From Dimorphilus gyrociliatus (lineage: Eukaryota > Animalia > Annelida): DNA of 64,000 nt. This document shows, one piece after another, positions 38,013-50,171 of the stretch. The notes below the pieces were generated by a model, which worked only from the letters and a program-made list of their open reading frames with translations, had not been told where the DNA came from and made no database searches. Made by a program: the position numbers and the translations under genes. Location: assembly GCA_904063045.1 (NCBI GenBank), contig CAJFCJ010000025.1, forward strand, positions 744,001 through 808,000, given 5' to 3'. The stretch's first letter is position 1. Each line of letters begins with the position of its first letter.

Positions 38013-39817
38013 AATATGTGTATTGGTTCCATTTTTCATTACTCTTTTCATCTATTGTTACTCTCTGCTATGCACATGTTTGTTGCTAATTTTTTCTCTT
38101 TTCTCCTTAAGATTATGCGAGATTACTAAATTATTTATAATAACAATATTCAAATAAGCTATTTACTATATTAGTATTGATCGTAGTGAGTTTACTGAAA
38201 CTGTTGAACATTTAAAAAAGATGGTACAAATTAGTTTCTTTCCATCTCTTTGAATGAATATAATTGAGAGAGAAATACATGTAGTGACACGACCACAACA
38301 AAGCAACAAACAAAGAAAATATATTTAGAAGATGTTTTCTATGTTATTTTGATACTACAGTATGTTATGCTAATATTAAGGTCATTAATAAAGATAATCT
38401 TGAATTTTTGTAGTTTTAAGGTTTCTTTGAAAATTACTATTATACATCAATGGTTTAGTGGTTTCAGCACCTGAGTTATAATCATCTTCCAAGATAAAGC
38501 AGTATTCGAGTAAAAGGGTATATTAAAGTCTGGGCCAAACTGTTTATTTAAATGGAGAAATATCTTTAAGTGGTGAGATTGGATCAGACACTAGCAGACA
38601 ACACTAACGAAAAGGATAGAGGTTTTTAAGAGTTTATTGATTAGACACGATGAAAACGGTGAGAGAATTGTACTGATGATAGAATTATAAATTCATTCAC
38701 TTCATTCAAGTTAGCAAACAGCTAAGAGGTGGAAATTTGCGGAGAGGGGAGACAGGCAAAGGTAAGGAGAAGTATCTAACAGTCTTTTTAGATCACAAAG
38801 GAGGAGTATGCTAACAGTACTAAATAAAAGAGATGAAATGAATAAATATCCTGGCATTTATTGATACTCCTCTCTCTTAGGTAGTACTGTCATTGATTCT
38901 TAAACGATGTAGATGTTATGCAAACAAAAGAGAAAACAAAAGCCACTACGGATTCAATCTTCTTACTTCTTTAATTTATCTAACAGGTTTAATTAAATTG
39001 TTACAGTGAGAGAGTATTAGTTCATTTAGCAGAATTGGCAACTTTCTTTTTGTCTTTATAGGCAACAATAATAATTGGAATGTACGGGAAAGAAGGAAGA
39101 GAGAAAGAAAGAGATAGACAGATAGTTTAACAGAAGGAGAGAACGAAAAAAGTTTATATTAATCTTTCTCTTTACAATTATCCTCTGCTTTTAGGCCTTT
39201 TTAATTAATCTTGTGTTATCTTCTTCAATTTTAGTAGAAATATATATTAACATAGAAGGAAGAAGACATAAGAATTTATGAAAAGTACTCATATTCCGAA
39301 TTATCTTAAAAAGCGTCTTGTCAAGTAATTAAGAGTATTAAAGGAACATGATTTTTGAAATTTTTTTAAAAATTATTCTAGGTGGTGATAATTAATAATA
39401 TTTAAAGATCTGATCTTTTTGGTTAATTTTCTGAGATGTCAGGTATTTCATACACGAGAGACGCTTTTAATTTAATTGATAGGGCTTAGTTTACACCTTT
39501 AGAGGAATAGGATCTTTTCTATGAGATAACCAATGAAATAAGACATTTTTACAAAAACATAGTGCCTTTTAGTACTAGTTGTTTTACACAGATGGATAGA
39601 TATATGTTGTATATACTGTATATGCAATATATACACACTCATACAAGTATACATGTTGCATATGTACAATATACTGCATTATATCCTAGTGACTAACACA
39701 GCAATATAGGGAATTTTATTTGTGTATGTTTTTAATTAGTTTCTTTTCATCATACTGTACAGTCTTTTACTATATAGTGCACAACGTCCATTTTATTTGA
39801 ATTGTTGAAAAAATGGA

Positions 39818-39830
39818 CGCCATCTTCTGG
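39818..39830 (-). promoter_or_regulatory. CTCF-like (or YY1-like) motif CCAGAAGATGGCG
   Basis: One mismatch to the CTCF consensus CCASYAGRKGGCR. Intergenic between Amt and the GPCR. Confidence 0.45.
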
Positions 39831-40779
39831 TGTGATAAACATAGTACCGTAATAAGTATATAGACAACTTTTAAGTTGTTAATTTAAAGATTAAGCTTGT
39901 AGGAGATTAGATAGAGACTATATAATAAACCCTTCGTTTATATAATAGTTAGTAATTTGCGGTTTCTACGTCATTTATATCTTTAATTATTTCATCTCTT
40001 TTTATTATGTTTACTTAAAGGATGCTGGTATTTGGGCGTCTCTTTTCTAGTGTAATTAAGAATAATAGACAGTATACTTTATATATAAACAGTACAACCA
40101 GTTATCATTAATCAAATGGAACACTTGTAAAATACTTTAATAGTTTACTTAATTAATATATATTAATATATATTAATATACATATACTGTATATAAGTGT
40201 TTGTTACACGATTACTCATGTTCCAATTAATAACATCAACTTGAAATACATTAAATATTATAATACTAATAACAATAATAATACTGTATACTGTAAATTT
40301 TAATGAGATAAAAACAACGTACTTTTGATGTCTTTGATAATAAACCAGTTGGAATACAACGTACATCCCAAGCAAAGAATAGTGTAGGATATGAGGAACA
40401 GATAGGCGTACGTTTACATACTCAATAGCTGACGACATCTACTTAATTATGACAAATCGTCATAACATTTACATTTAATTTGTCTAGATTATATAAGTAA
40501 TATATAAACAACCGTCAATATATCAATATAAAGATTCTTACCTTTAACTTAGTTCTCTCGGTTTTTTTTATGTTCTTTTTGTTAAAGTTAAAATTGCTTT
40601 ATTCAAGTGGCAAATATTTAATCAGAAATTAAATAGCTAATTAATTAAATATAGATGATAAATTTTTTTTATTTCTAGGAAATGAGTTAAGAGTTGAATT
40701 GTTCTTACTTAAGTAGCTTCGCTATGTCTGTTTTCCTTTATTATGTTCTTGTTAGTCGTAACTTTTAACAGTTGATGAG

Positions 40780-40792
40780 TGCCATCTACGGG
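40780..40792 (-). promoter_or_regulatory. CTCF-like motif CCCGTAGATGGCA
   Basis: Matches the CC..YAGATGGCA core. Lies just 3' of the GPCR. Confidence 0.4.
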
Positions 40793-40981
40793 AATGTCAA
40801 TTTAATATCTTTTCCACTGTTCCTCATAACGAATATTTCTTTTAATAAATTGTTTGTACATTCATTTTTGAATTAGGCCTAAAGTTTTATGACGATCCAT
40901 TCGAATAGTGTGATTTTATAATAGCAAATTAATTAGGTGAGGTGAAAAAGTAGACTAATGTAGAAGACTTAAAAGAACAGT

Positions 40982-41896
40982 TTAAGAAGATTTAGTGCAA
41001 CTGAAAATAGAACAAAACTTTCTTCGAAATTCTTTAACTGTATACAGATATATCAGCGGATTCCAAAAGCTATTACTTATGGCTAAAAAAGTAATATAAA
41101 AGTGAATTGAGCCAATGGGATGTCCAGTAACCATTTCCGGTATAATAGATCCCATTAAATATGGTGTCCAAGCTATCAAGAGTCCGAAATGTAGCACAAA
41201 CATTGTTTTAATAGATTTAAAGTGTATCGCATAAAGTTGTCGACGATTTAAATGGTTTTGCTCTTGTATTCGCTTGGCTTGTTTCCTTACGAGAAGGTAA
41301 ATATTAATATCAGAGATCAAAGCCACTATTGTTGGGAGGAAGAGAGAAACTAATGTCTTTAGTATAGTTAAAACAGTTGCGGAAACATTGTATTGGCAGA
41401 TATAACTATCTGTTTCGTATCTAGAGACCTCCTTATTAAAAAGTATTTCAACGCAAAAGCCAAGAACCAATATCCATGTGACGGCTATGCAAGGTAGACA
41501 GAATTTTTCAATTTTCACAAATACGAACGGCTTCTTAATAGATATAAATTTAAATATTGTTATAAGCATCATATTTAAAAGAGAGGACATACAGCAAACG
41601 TGTATGAAAAATACATCAAATGAACAATATCTATCCGTTAAGATACTTTCTTGCTTGAGTATGACATATATATTTCTTGATAATCCAGAACATCCCAGAA
41701 AACAATCCGCTACTGCCAATGAAATAATTAACTTGATAATAAAAGGAGGCAGCGATTTGATAGATGATATTAGTTTTATTGTTGACGCATTAAGAATTAT
41801 CATTAACATCTCTGAGAAAAGATACGCTAACCATTTAATATCTTTAGCCGTTATATGAGACCAAGCTTGAGGTAGCTCCCTACTCTGGTTAAACAT
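40982..41896 (-). CDS. Orphan class A (rhodopsin-like) GPCR, intronless, 304 aa
   Basis: Seven hydrophobic segments. N-terminal NQS sequon, TM2 SLAVAD, TM3 Cys and ECL2 YIC, TM4 W, TM5 LP, TM6 AWTPY, TM7 SNSFWNPLIY, helix 8 EFRR. Confidence 0.9.
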   Translation of the reverse strand: MFNQSRELPQAWSHITAKDIKWLAYLFSEMLMIILNASTIKLISSIKSLPPFIIKLIISLAVADCFLGCSGLSRNIYVILKQESILTDRYCSFDVFFIHVCCMSSLLNMMLITIFKFISIKKPFVFVKIEKFCLPCIAVTWILVLGFCVEILFNKEVSRYETDSYICQYNVSATVLTILKTLVSLFLPTIVALISDINIYLLVRKQAKRIQEQNHLNRRQLYAIHFKSIKTMFVLHFGLLIAWTPYLMGSIIPEMVTGHPIGSIHFYITFLAISNSFWNPLIYLYTVKEFRRKFCSIFSCTKSS

Positions 41897-42942
41897 TCTA
41901 CTGGTGTGAAAAACAAATTGAAGGGCGTCATAACCTTACCATGGAATCACTTATCATGAAATTATGTTTATACCTGACAAAAATGTCAATGACTTTTAAC
42001 AGTATTTTACGTTTACGTATTTCTTTCTTACTCTTATTAATGAAAAAATACTGGCTGATTTAAAACACAGAAGAATCTGAAGAGAAAGAAGCTTTTAAGG
42101 AAGAGAAAGCGATAGGGACGGAAGGAAGAATAAAGAGTAGAAAATGTAATTCTGGATATATAATAGGGTGAAATGTATTTTTATAACAAATAAAAAGCAG
42201 ACTTAATAGTTGTCTTTTATCAGTTTTGTTCTTTTATAGTGAATTTTTCATATTCTGAATGTAAGACAACTCTTCAAAACAAATACAAATACCTTTAAAT
42301 TGTCCGTACACGTATAAAAGAAGATTTTGTAATGGTCTTCGTGAAAGTGGTACAGGAAAAGATTCAATATATACAGTTTACAGGGAAGAAATAAAGAAAA
42401 GACCAGCAGAGAAAAGTTAATCATTTATTTTTCATCTATTCACTTTCGCCAGGATGAAATTTGTTCTAGCGTTTATCTGCTCTATACTCCTTTCGGTTTC
42501 TACTTGTCCAAGACGATTTAAACACGAGTCTAATGATAAATCTGTACGATTTCTATCTTCTTCTCTTTTCCTTTTCTATATTATTTTATGAAATTTTGCA
42601 GTTGAAAACTTCTCTCTCGGAGATCCTATTTAAAAGTGAGAAAAACTTAATGAAAGCAAAATGGTTTTCCCTTACCAATAATAGATGGTTTTTTATTGCG
42701 CAATCGGATTATTTATATTGTATATGCATTAAAAAATGTTCAAAGAGCACTGTAAACAGTTGGAAATGTGAAATGGAATGTAAACTTAAACATCCTGCTC
42801 ATCATTCTCAAAAATGCTCACCTGATTCTACATGAAATCTGACGCAACATATAAAATATTCAAACAATACGAAAAAGATGAGAGGTTAGCTATTATGATC
42901 AGTACTCTTATCATTTGTACAACATTTCATTATAATATGTGA

Positions 42943-45900
42943 CTATATTGAATAAATGTTTTGCATCTGTGATATAAAAAGAGGATAGCCTAAAGGTGGA
43001 TTAGCTGCTTGAACAGTTAAATTTCTTAGAATTGAAGGTTCGGCCTGAATACTATATCTTTCGTCGTCATCGTTGGTCATATAGAATAATTCCAAAGATA
43101 AATTTGCCCATTGAGATTTTACAGATTCTTCTTCTAGAGCAGCTATAAAAAACTCTTCATCTTCTCTCCTAGTAAGATTCCTACTGCAAAAAGTCTTAGT
43201 CTCCTCCGTGTATTGGAGTAGAAAGATATTTTCAATTCTCTTTTCAATCATTTCAATTAATTCTTTATCATTTTCTAAGCCAATAAACCAATTTTCGTTC
43301 ATATCAATTAGACTATCTTGCAATTCTTCATTAGTTTCAGGACAAATTAAAAAATGATTTAAACTTGCTCGAAGACAATACCTTGAATAAAAGGATTTTT
43401 TTGCGGTTAATGAATATTCATAGGTAATAAATACTAGAATGAACGTATTTGAAACATTGAATACCTTACTGAAACTTTAATAGCATGCTTTAGCGGCTCG
43501 TTTAGACTCTCTTGAACAATTCCTTTATAAAGTTTATAGATATGTTGAGCGTTAAAGAAATCACCTATTAAATGATAAAGCGAATATTTTTCTATTAATA
43601 GTGAACTATAAACTATTACCTTCTTTTAATATAATATTTTTGGATAAATATGCAAATTTCAGCAAATTATTCTCATTGAATATCCAATCATTTTCCTTGT
43701 TTTTGATGCAATTTAACCAGTCCTTATCTATTGAATATTTATGTTCGTATTGAATGTGTGAAAGGGAACTTTCAAATGAATAGCTTGAATAAATTTCCCT
43801 AATAAGTTTCCAAGTAAGTACTTTAGGTAAGTTTGATTTGAAAATTTCAATAAATTCTTTAGAGTCGATTACACCGGTTAAACGATTTTTAACGTCTGAA
43901 TAGGTTTCAATTTTGTTCCTGCTAATCGGTTTGAAGGTACATTTTGTTGGAAAATATCTATTGTAGAAGGAGAATCTATCAAAATATCTTTCGAATTTAT
44001 CATCTAAAAATGCCGCCTCGACTGTATGGCACGAAGTTTCTTGTAACTCTAAACCCTTCACTGAAATATGCTTATAACAGAAGCCTTCTTCTTCTATACT
44101 AATCCATAAAATTCTATCTTGATTGCGTAATAGAAACATTGATCCAGCTGGGCAATAACCAAATTTACCAGTTTCCATACACTCTTGAAATAATTTACAT
44201 ACACCTTGCAACATATCGTTGTAGATAAGTTGGTCGAGATTATCATTCGTAGTTGGACTAGGATTTGTTAAGCAAGATTTCCTTAACCTTGGAAAGGATG
44301 GAAATATGAGTATGGGAAGAGTAAAAAGGGGTAGAAGAGAAGTAGAAATTACACTCGATATTAGAATAACAGAAACCGTGTATGGAAATGTCAAAATATT
44401 AAAACAAACTACCAAAGGTAAACTCGATCTTCTCATTTTTTTATATGTGCAAAAGTTGATTAACAGTTTTGTGTAGAAGGCGATCTTTTCGAAAAAATTA
44501 AACAGAATTTTTAGGCCTAAACTAATGAAGAACAGAAGTAATGGCTTCTCTAATTCACCATCGGCTATTTTTAGAAAATAAACAATGCTAAATATGCAAA
44601 TATCAAAATGTGATGAAACTGTTTTCTGCCATCCCTAATCAATAAGAAGTTAAGGTATATTTAAAATATAATTTAGAAATTGTACGAAACAAACCCTTCT
44701 ATTAGTTCTGAAACTTGCCAAAATTGACCAAACATCTTTCTTTTTAACATCGGTTAAAAGAGTATAATTAAACATTTGTATCAATAATGGAATAACTATA
44801 AGGGAAAAAAGAAAAGAAAAACACAATAAAGTAACTAATTTTGATCTTTGATCTCTTTATTTATCTTTCGTTTTTTTCATCTTGAAATAGTTATGTTACC
44901 TAATCTATGTAGAATTCGGTAAATGTAGTCGCATGTTTCTGATAGCTTTGTTTTTCTTTTGAAGAGAAAATTACTATTACTTTGAACTATTGAACAAAAG
45001 ATAAATAGCCCAAAGAGGCCAATGCACCCATAGTTCAATGCCTTTTGGTTATCCAATTCGATTGTGTAGCATACGGTTGTTAATCCAGAAGATAGAATAA
45101 TTATAATTAAATAATTAATGAATTGTTTCAAGTTCTTTCTTCTTCGGATTACATCAATAAAACAATTGTAATCCAATGATAAAGTGAGAGAAAAACAATT
45201 TAAGAGGATTGGAAGAGTAAGATTGGCCTTTGGTACGAAATTCAAGGATACTAGACAACACATCGACAGTAAGAGATTAATTAAAGATCTAACAGAAAAA
45301 AGACATATTTCTATTAATGGAATTAATTAATAAAACTGCAATTACCGTAAATTCGATGAAGATTCCGTTGATCCAAAACCCAAAGTATTTATTTGTTCAA
45401 TAGACCATAGAACAAAGACTTTAATTGGTGGAAGAAATCCTATTGTCCATAGAATAGGTAAGATACAAAATATATATTGGAGATAATTATCAAAAAATTC
45501 CAATTCCTCTTTAAAGATTACACTTTTAATGGTAAAACAAGAAATTATACAGACTATCTATTGAAATCGCCTCTAATTTTTTAGTAGCTTATCGTTTTTA
45601 CCTTTTTAAATAATCGATAAAGACAATGATTAAAATGTAGAAACTTCTGAGAAATGAGGTCATTCTATCATTTGATTCGAGGACAGCAACCTCTTGAGGT
45701 GTTCTAAAGATGAGTGGGTAGACACCCAAGGAAACAGTAATCCAAGAAAAAACACAGATTATTATTGATGTATAATTCGCCATTAATTTGTCATTACAAT
45801 TGAATAAGAATGTGAAAAAGTTTACAATTATACAAGTAACAAATTGCGCAATTAATAAAATCTTTTTCTCTCTATTAGGCATTAAAAATTCAAGCGTTTC

Positions 45901-46269
45901 TTCACCAAAACCATCGAATTCTATATCATTTTCATCATCGAAAAGTTTGCGCTTAAAAGGAACAATCTTTTCTTTACTCTTTCTCTTTTTAAATATTCTT
46001 ATCGAATGTAAAATAGAATAAAGAATACATAATAGAAAAGTATGAACTGCTGCTAGAATATGGATATCAAAGGACGATTTGTAATAGACGAAAGTAAATA
46101 TTCCACCACTTATAGATGGTAGTAATAACAAAGTAATTTGGAGGAGAATAATGTAGATAGGTATTGTAAAGTCGGCAGAAATTTTTACTCCTCCTAATAT
46201 TGTTGTTAGTATGCGATTTTTAAGAAATCTTCTCTTATATTCGCTTAGCAGAGGTACTTGACTCGTCAT
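42943..46269 (-). CDS. PCNX4: Pecanex-like protein 4
   Basis: N-terminus VPLLSEYKRRFLKNRILTTILGG, internal LPILWTIGFLPP..LWSIEQ, ELQETSCHTVEA, and C-terminus ELFYMTNDDDERYSIQAEPSILRNLTVQAANPPLGYP are characteristic of PCNX4. About 7 exons: 46269-45602, 45522-~45346, ~45270-~44878, ~44765-~44695, ~44635-~43620, ~43568-~43465, ~43381-42943. Frames checked at several junctions but not all. Confidence 0.9.
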
Positions 46270-46960
46270 TATTTTCTCTCTTTTTTATTATCGCTTCTCC
46301 TCCTCCTTCCCCTTCTTCTTCTTCCTTTTCTTTTTCTTTTTCTTCTTTATTCCCTTTTATCTTATTCCTTTCTTTCAAATAGATGTTCTACTTTTTTCCT
46401 GCTTACATTGCTTTCTTTATTACTTAAACCAAAAAGAAAAATGAATAGTTCTCTACAAAAGAGGTAGATTAGTTCAAATAATCAAGTATTATGTTTCTGT
46501 AATAGCTGGCTAAATGAACATATCCGCTTTCAAGATTACCTTTTTTACACCTTAATCAACAAACTAGTCGTCATAAAAAATTTACAAGCAGGCGTATATT
46601 CGGTATAAATATATATTTACCTTGACAACCTTGAAAAAAGTATGCCATTTTCTGATTTATTATAATTTATTCAGCTAAAATCTAGTTGCTATAGTAACTG
46701 AATATCAATTGAGACGAGAGGAGAGTTAATTATTGATAATTTTTTGTATTCATTCAAAATTTTGTTAGTTAAAATAGAAATAGACACAAAAAAAACTTTA
46801 AGCCTATCACAATATAAATGATTATGGCCTATTAATTTGTTTTTTATATGCATAAAGCAGTTTGTTAAAGGTGTTGATTGAAATAGGGGAAGAGAGGAAT
46901 AAGTACACACTCAAAGAAAAGTGACATGTTTGTTTGTTAGTGTTTTTCCATTATTTTCAT

Positions 46961-48427
46961 TTATAAGATAATGAATGGATCCAAAATTTTGATGAGCATC
47001 TTCTGTACATCTCCCGCAAATTCTTGTTTAATGAATTTCACCAGAGTTTTCTTGTATTTCGCTTTAAAAGATATTCTTATGTTTTGAAGGTCAATCTAAA
47101 AAATAATACATTAGCGTAATAGTTGATGAAATAAGAGGAAAAATAATAAAGAAAAGGCTGCGTAAAGAGATTACTTACCTCTGATCTAGCTATAAGTAGT
47201 CTATAAACTGATTCATCATCATCAACCTCTCCATTTAGTGCTTCTTTAATACGATCGGCAAAGTACTCGTAACGATCCCTTGCGAATTTAGCTGTACGTT
47301 TTTTTTATATTTTAATGGTTTTTACCTATTATATTTTAGTCAATAATATCATTTGAAAAGGAGAATATATACCTAGAAAGAGGAGACCGGTTTTTGCATT
47401 GTTTTGCAAATCTTGCTCAATAGTCTCTTCTGGAGTTTTTTCCCTTTGTTGTTTGTAGATAGAAAATACCTATTTATTTCAACATTTATGAACAATCAAG
47501 TTAATTAATCATAAGATAATTATGATATTATCGTAGGGACCTCTCTTAGATGAGCCCAACTTCTATTGGTAAAAACATCTATTAAAGAATCCATATCAGT
47601 ACCTTCTCTCCCTTCCGTAGCCTGTTTTGACCAAATAGCAAAATGAACAGATATTTCTAAATAGATATCAGTGTGAAAAGAAGTAGTTGGATTAAAGATA
47701 GATATACATAACTTATAGATAGTTTCAGCATCAGCTTCAGCAAGAGATAAGTCAATATCCTTAAATTTAATTTGTTCTCTGTCAGCTTCGCAAAGTGCCA
47801 AGAGTAACTATAAATTTGAATAATTTAATATTAATAATAAAAGATATCTGATATATATACAGTATATATATATACTGTATATTCTATATATATCTTACTT
47901 TTTGTAATTGGGGCTTTTCTTGAGTTTTTGCAGCAATATCATCGGTAAGTTGTGAATTAAATTCTGTTTTTAAGGAAAGTATATAAAAAAGAACATTTGA
48001 TTAAACTATATAAATAAAAAAGAGAGATCATTAAGGTGACAAGAAGAGGCTTTCTTTACTTTCATTGTAGACGTCCTTTAAGGCGATGATTTGATCTTTA
48101 GTTCCAGCGCATAGAATTTCTAATAACCAATGCTCCTTATAATCCTCTCCTTGCGCTTCCTTAAAAGTATAAAAGAAATAATAGTTAAAGAGATAATTTA
48201 GTGAACAGAGTTAAGAAAGACAAGAAGAGTAAATAAAGAAGGAGGAGGGGGAGATAAAGGCAGAAGAGATAGAGATGCAGAAATAAACTGTTCTTACGTT
48301 AGGAAATAGAGCTCTTCTTACACATTGAGCGTCAAATTCTTTTCTTGGAAGCATAAGAAAGAGTACAATTGTCTCGAAATCTCCGAGTAAATCATCTCTC
48401 AAGTCTTCAATGAGATTCTAGCAATAT

Positions 48428-48469
<42 letters not shown>

Positions 48470-48899
48470 CTAAAAATAATTAAATAATTAGTTTACTCTA
48501 TTGAAGATGTCGTTATACTTGTCTTTAACTATCTGCCTTTGCTCATTACTAAGATTAGTTAGAACGTGAATTACTGGAATTAAACTAATACCTGAAATGA
48601 AATAGAATAAAACAAATAAGTTAATAATATAAAGATGAATATTTTAATTAAAAAATTTGCATCTTCTAACCAAGTCCTTTCAGATCCTTATGAAGAAATC
48701 TTGCTGCACTCTCTGCAGCTTCTGGGCAAAAACTGTTGTTAGGCCTGATTGTTGGCTAAAGAAAAAAAATGACAATTTACAATTAGTTAATTAAAGAGAC
48801 AGTAGTATAATTACTAACACATGGTGGGGCATCGTCTTTTTTAGTGGCATCCAAGCCTCTAAAAAACTTTTTTAAAGCTTCTGGATCGAATTCAGCCAT
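46961..48899 (-). CDS. Divergent annexin (four annexin repeats, short N-terminal tail), about 330 aa
   Basis: Not visible in the ORF track because exons are small: 48899-48819, ~48757-48676, ~48591-48497, ~48417-48295, 48159-~48060, ~47963-47897, ~47807-47712, 47621-47541, 47469-~47374, ~47291-47180, ~47095-46961. Motifs: PTIRPNNSFCPE, NLSNEQRQIVKDKY, NLIEDLRDDLLGDFE, LLEILCAGTKDQI, AEADAETIYK-ATEGREGTD, EYFADRIKEAL, RLLIARSEIDLQNIR..K.KYKKTL..FIKQEFAGD. Confidence 0.9.
47855..47882. repeat. Perfect 28-bp palindrome ATATACAGTATATATATATACTGTATAT in an annexin intron
   Basis: Equals its own reverse complement. Confidence 0.9.
48431..48469. repeat. (AAT)13 microsatellite in an annexin intron
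   Basis: Read directly from the sequence. Confidence 0.95.
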
Positions 48900-49351
48900 A
48901 GTTTGTTTCGTTTGTTGCTAAGAGGTTTTACCGCTATTATATTAAACTGGCCTTTATTCTATATATACTGTATATATATATATATATATATATAGATATA
49001 TATTCATACGTCTATATGAAGTTGGCTTCTTGTACGTTTTCGGCTATTTCTAAACTATTTAAGATAGGACAGTATACGTTAATATCGATTTTCTATATCG
49101 TTCTTTTGTCTCCATTTGAACTGGGATTATATAAAATAGGCCAACTAAATCTATCATAGATACCGCACTATTGCTATGTGGCTAAAAAATAATTGAATAT
49201 GTAATTTCATGCATAAGAAGTAATATTTAATATTGTTAAAATCGTTATGTCTGTAATATTAAAGTGGATGATAAATTCATAGATTTTCTAGTTTGATTGA
49301 TAAAAGTTGTTGTAAATAAATCTATTCTATGAATAAACATGAGTATGCAAA

Positions 49352-49354
<3 letters not shown>

Positions 49355-49392
<38 letters not shown>
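49355..49392. repeat. (TA)19 microsatellite
   Basis: Read directly from the sequence. Confidence 0.95.
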
Positions 49393-49396
<4 letters not shown>

Positions 49397-49800
49397 ATGT
49401 ATAGTATTACATTTATTTTTATTATTTTGTTTACTTCGCAAAAAAGAAAGAGCGCTATTTTAACGTGTATATTTGTGCATGACATGCTGTTTTCGTCTTC
49501 TAGTAAATTCCTCAATGCTAGTCTTTATTCTTTATTTTTAAATTAGGTTAGTTAGTTATTTTTTAATAAATAAAAAAAAAGTAATAAATATAATCGCTGT
49601 AGTCTTTCTTCTATAAAACTATCAATTCTATACGAAAAGGCGTCATACCTATTCCATAATTGAAAATGATTCCAAGAAAATAATCTTCCAGGTTTGACTA
49701 AATCTTAATATAAATTCAAAACTTACTTTTTTTTTACGGTTTCCTTTATTAAATTAAAACTGGATACCGGAGCACAAATTTACGATATTTTCTGTATCAG

Positions 49801-49813
49801 CAGACAGATGGCG
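49801..49813 (+). promoter_or_regulatory. CTCF/YY1-like motif CAGACAGATGGCG
   Basis: AGATGGCG core between the annexin CDS and the poly-UBL gene. Confidence 0.35.
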
Positions 49814-50143
49814 TAGCAGGAAAGTCAAGTTGTTAAATGTTAATCTTGTTACCTAATATTATGTTTCATTTTACTTGTTAATAATGTTATTTAAAATTGT
49901 TCTAGGCTTGCTTCCTCTTTCTGAGTCAAAAACTCAATAGTTCTCATTCTCTCTCTCTCTCTCTTTCTCCTTTAAATAGTTTTGAATTTTTTATATAATA
50001 AATATTCATGATTTGATTAAATCGAAAAGGTTCATAATAAATATTTAAGGGGAGGGAAAAGCAATATATTATTACTTTCTAAACATTGGAAATGTGCGAA
50101 AGCGATTAAAAAACACAGTAAAATAGAAAAGAGAGAATTGGTA

Positions 50144-50171
50144 GGGGGAGTGGGTGGGTGGGACAAGGGGG
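50144..50171 (+). other. Putative G-quadruplex-forming sequence (five G-tracts)
   Basis: GGGGG-AGT-GGG-T-GGG-T-GGG-ACAA-GGGGG fits the G3+N1-7 consensus. A G13 run follows at 50250-50262. Confidence 0.6.

Noticed and set aside
40163-40438. 91-aa hydrophobic minus-strand ORF downstream of the GPCR
   Set aside because: The 3' half is low-complexity AT/TA repeat containing TACTGTA motifs; hydrophobicity is expected from AT-rich codons.
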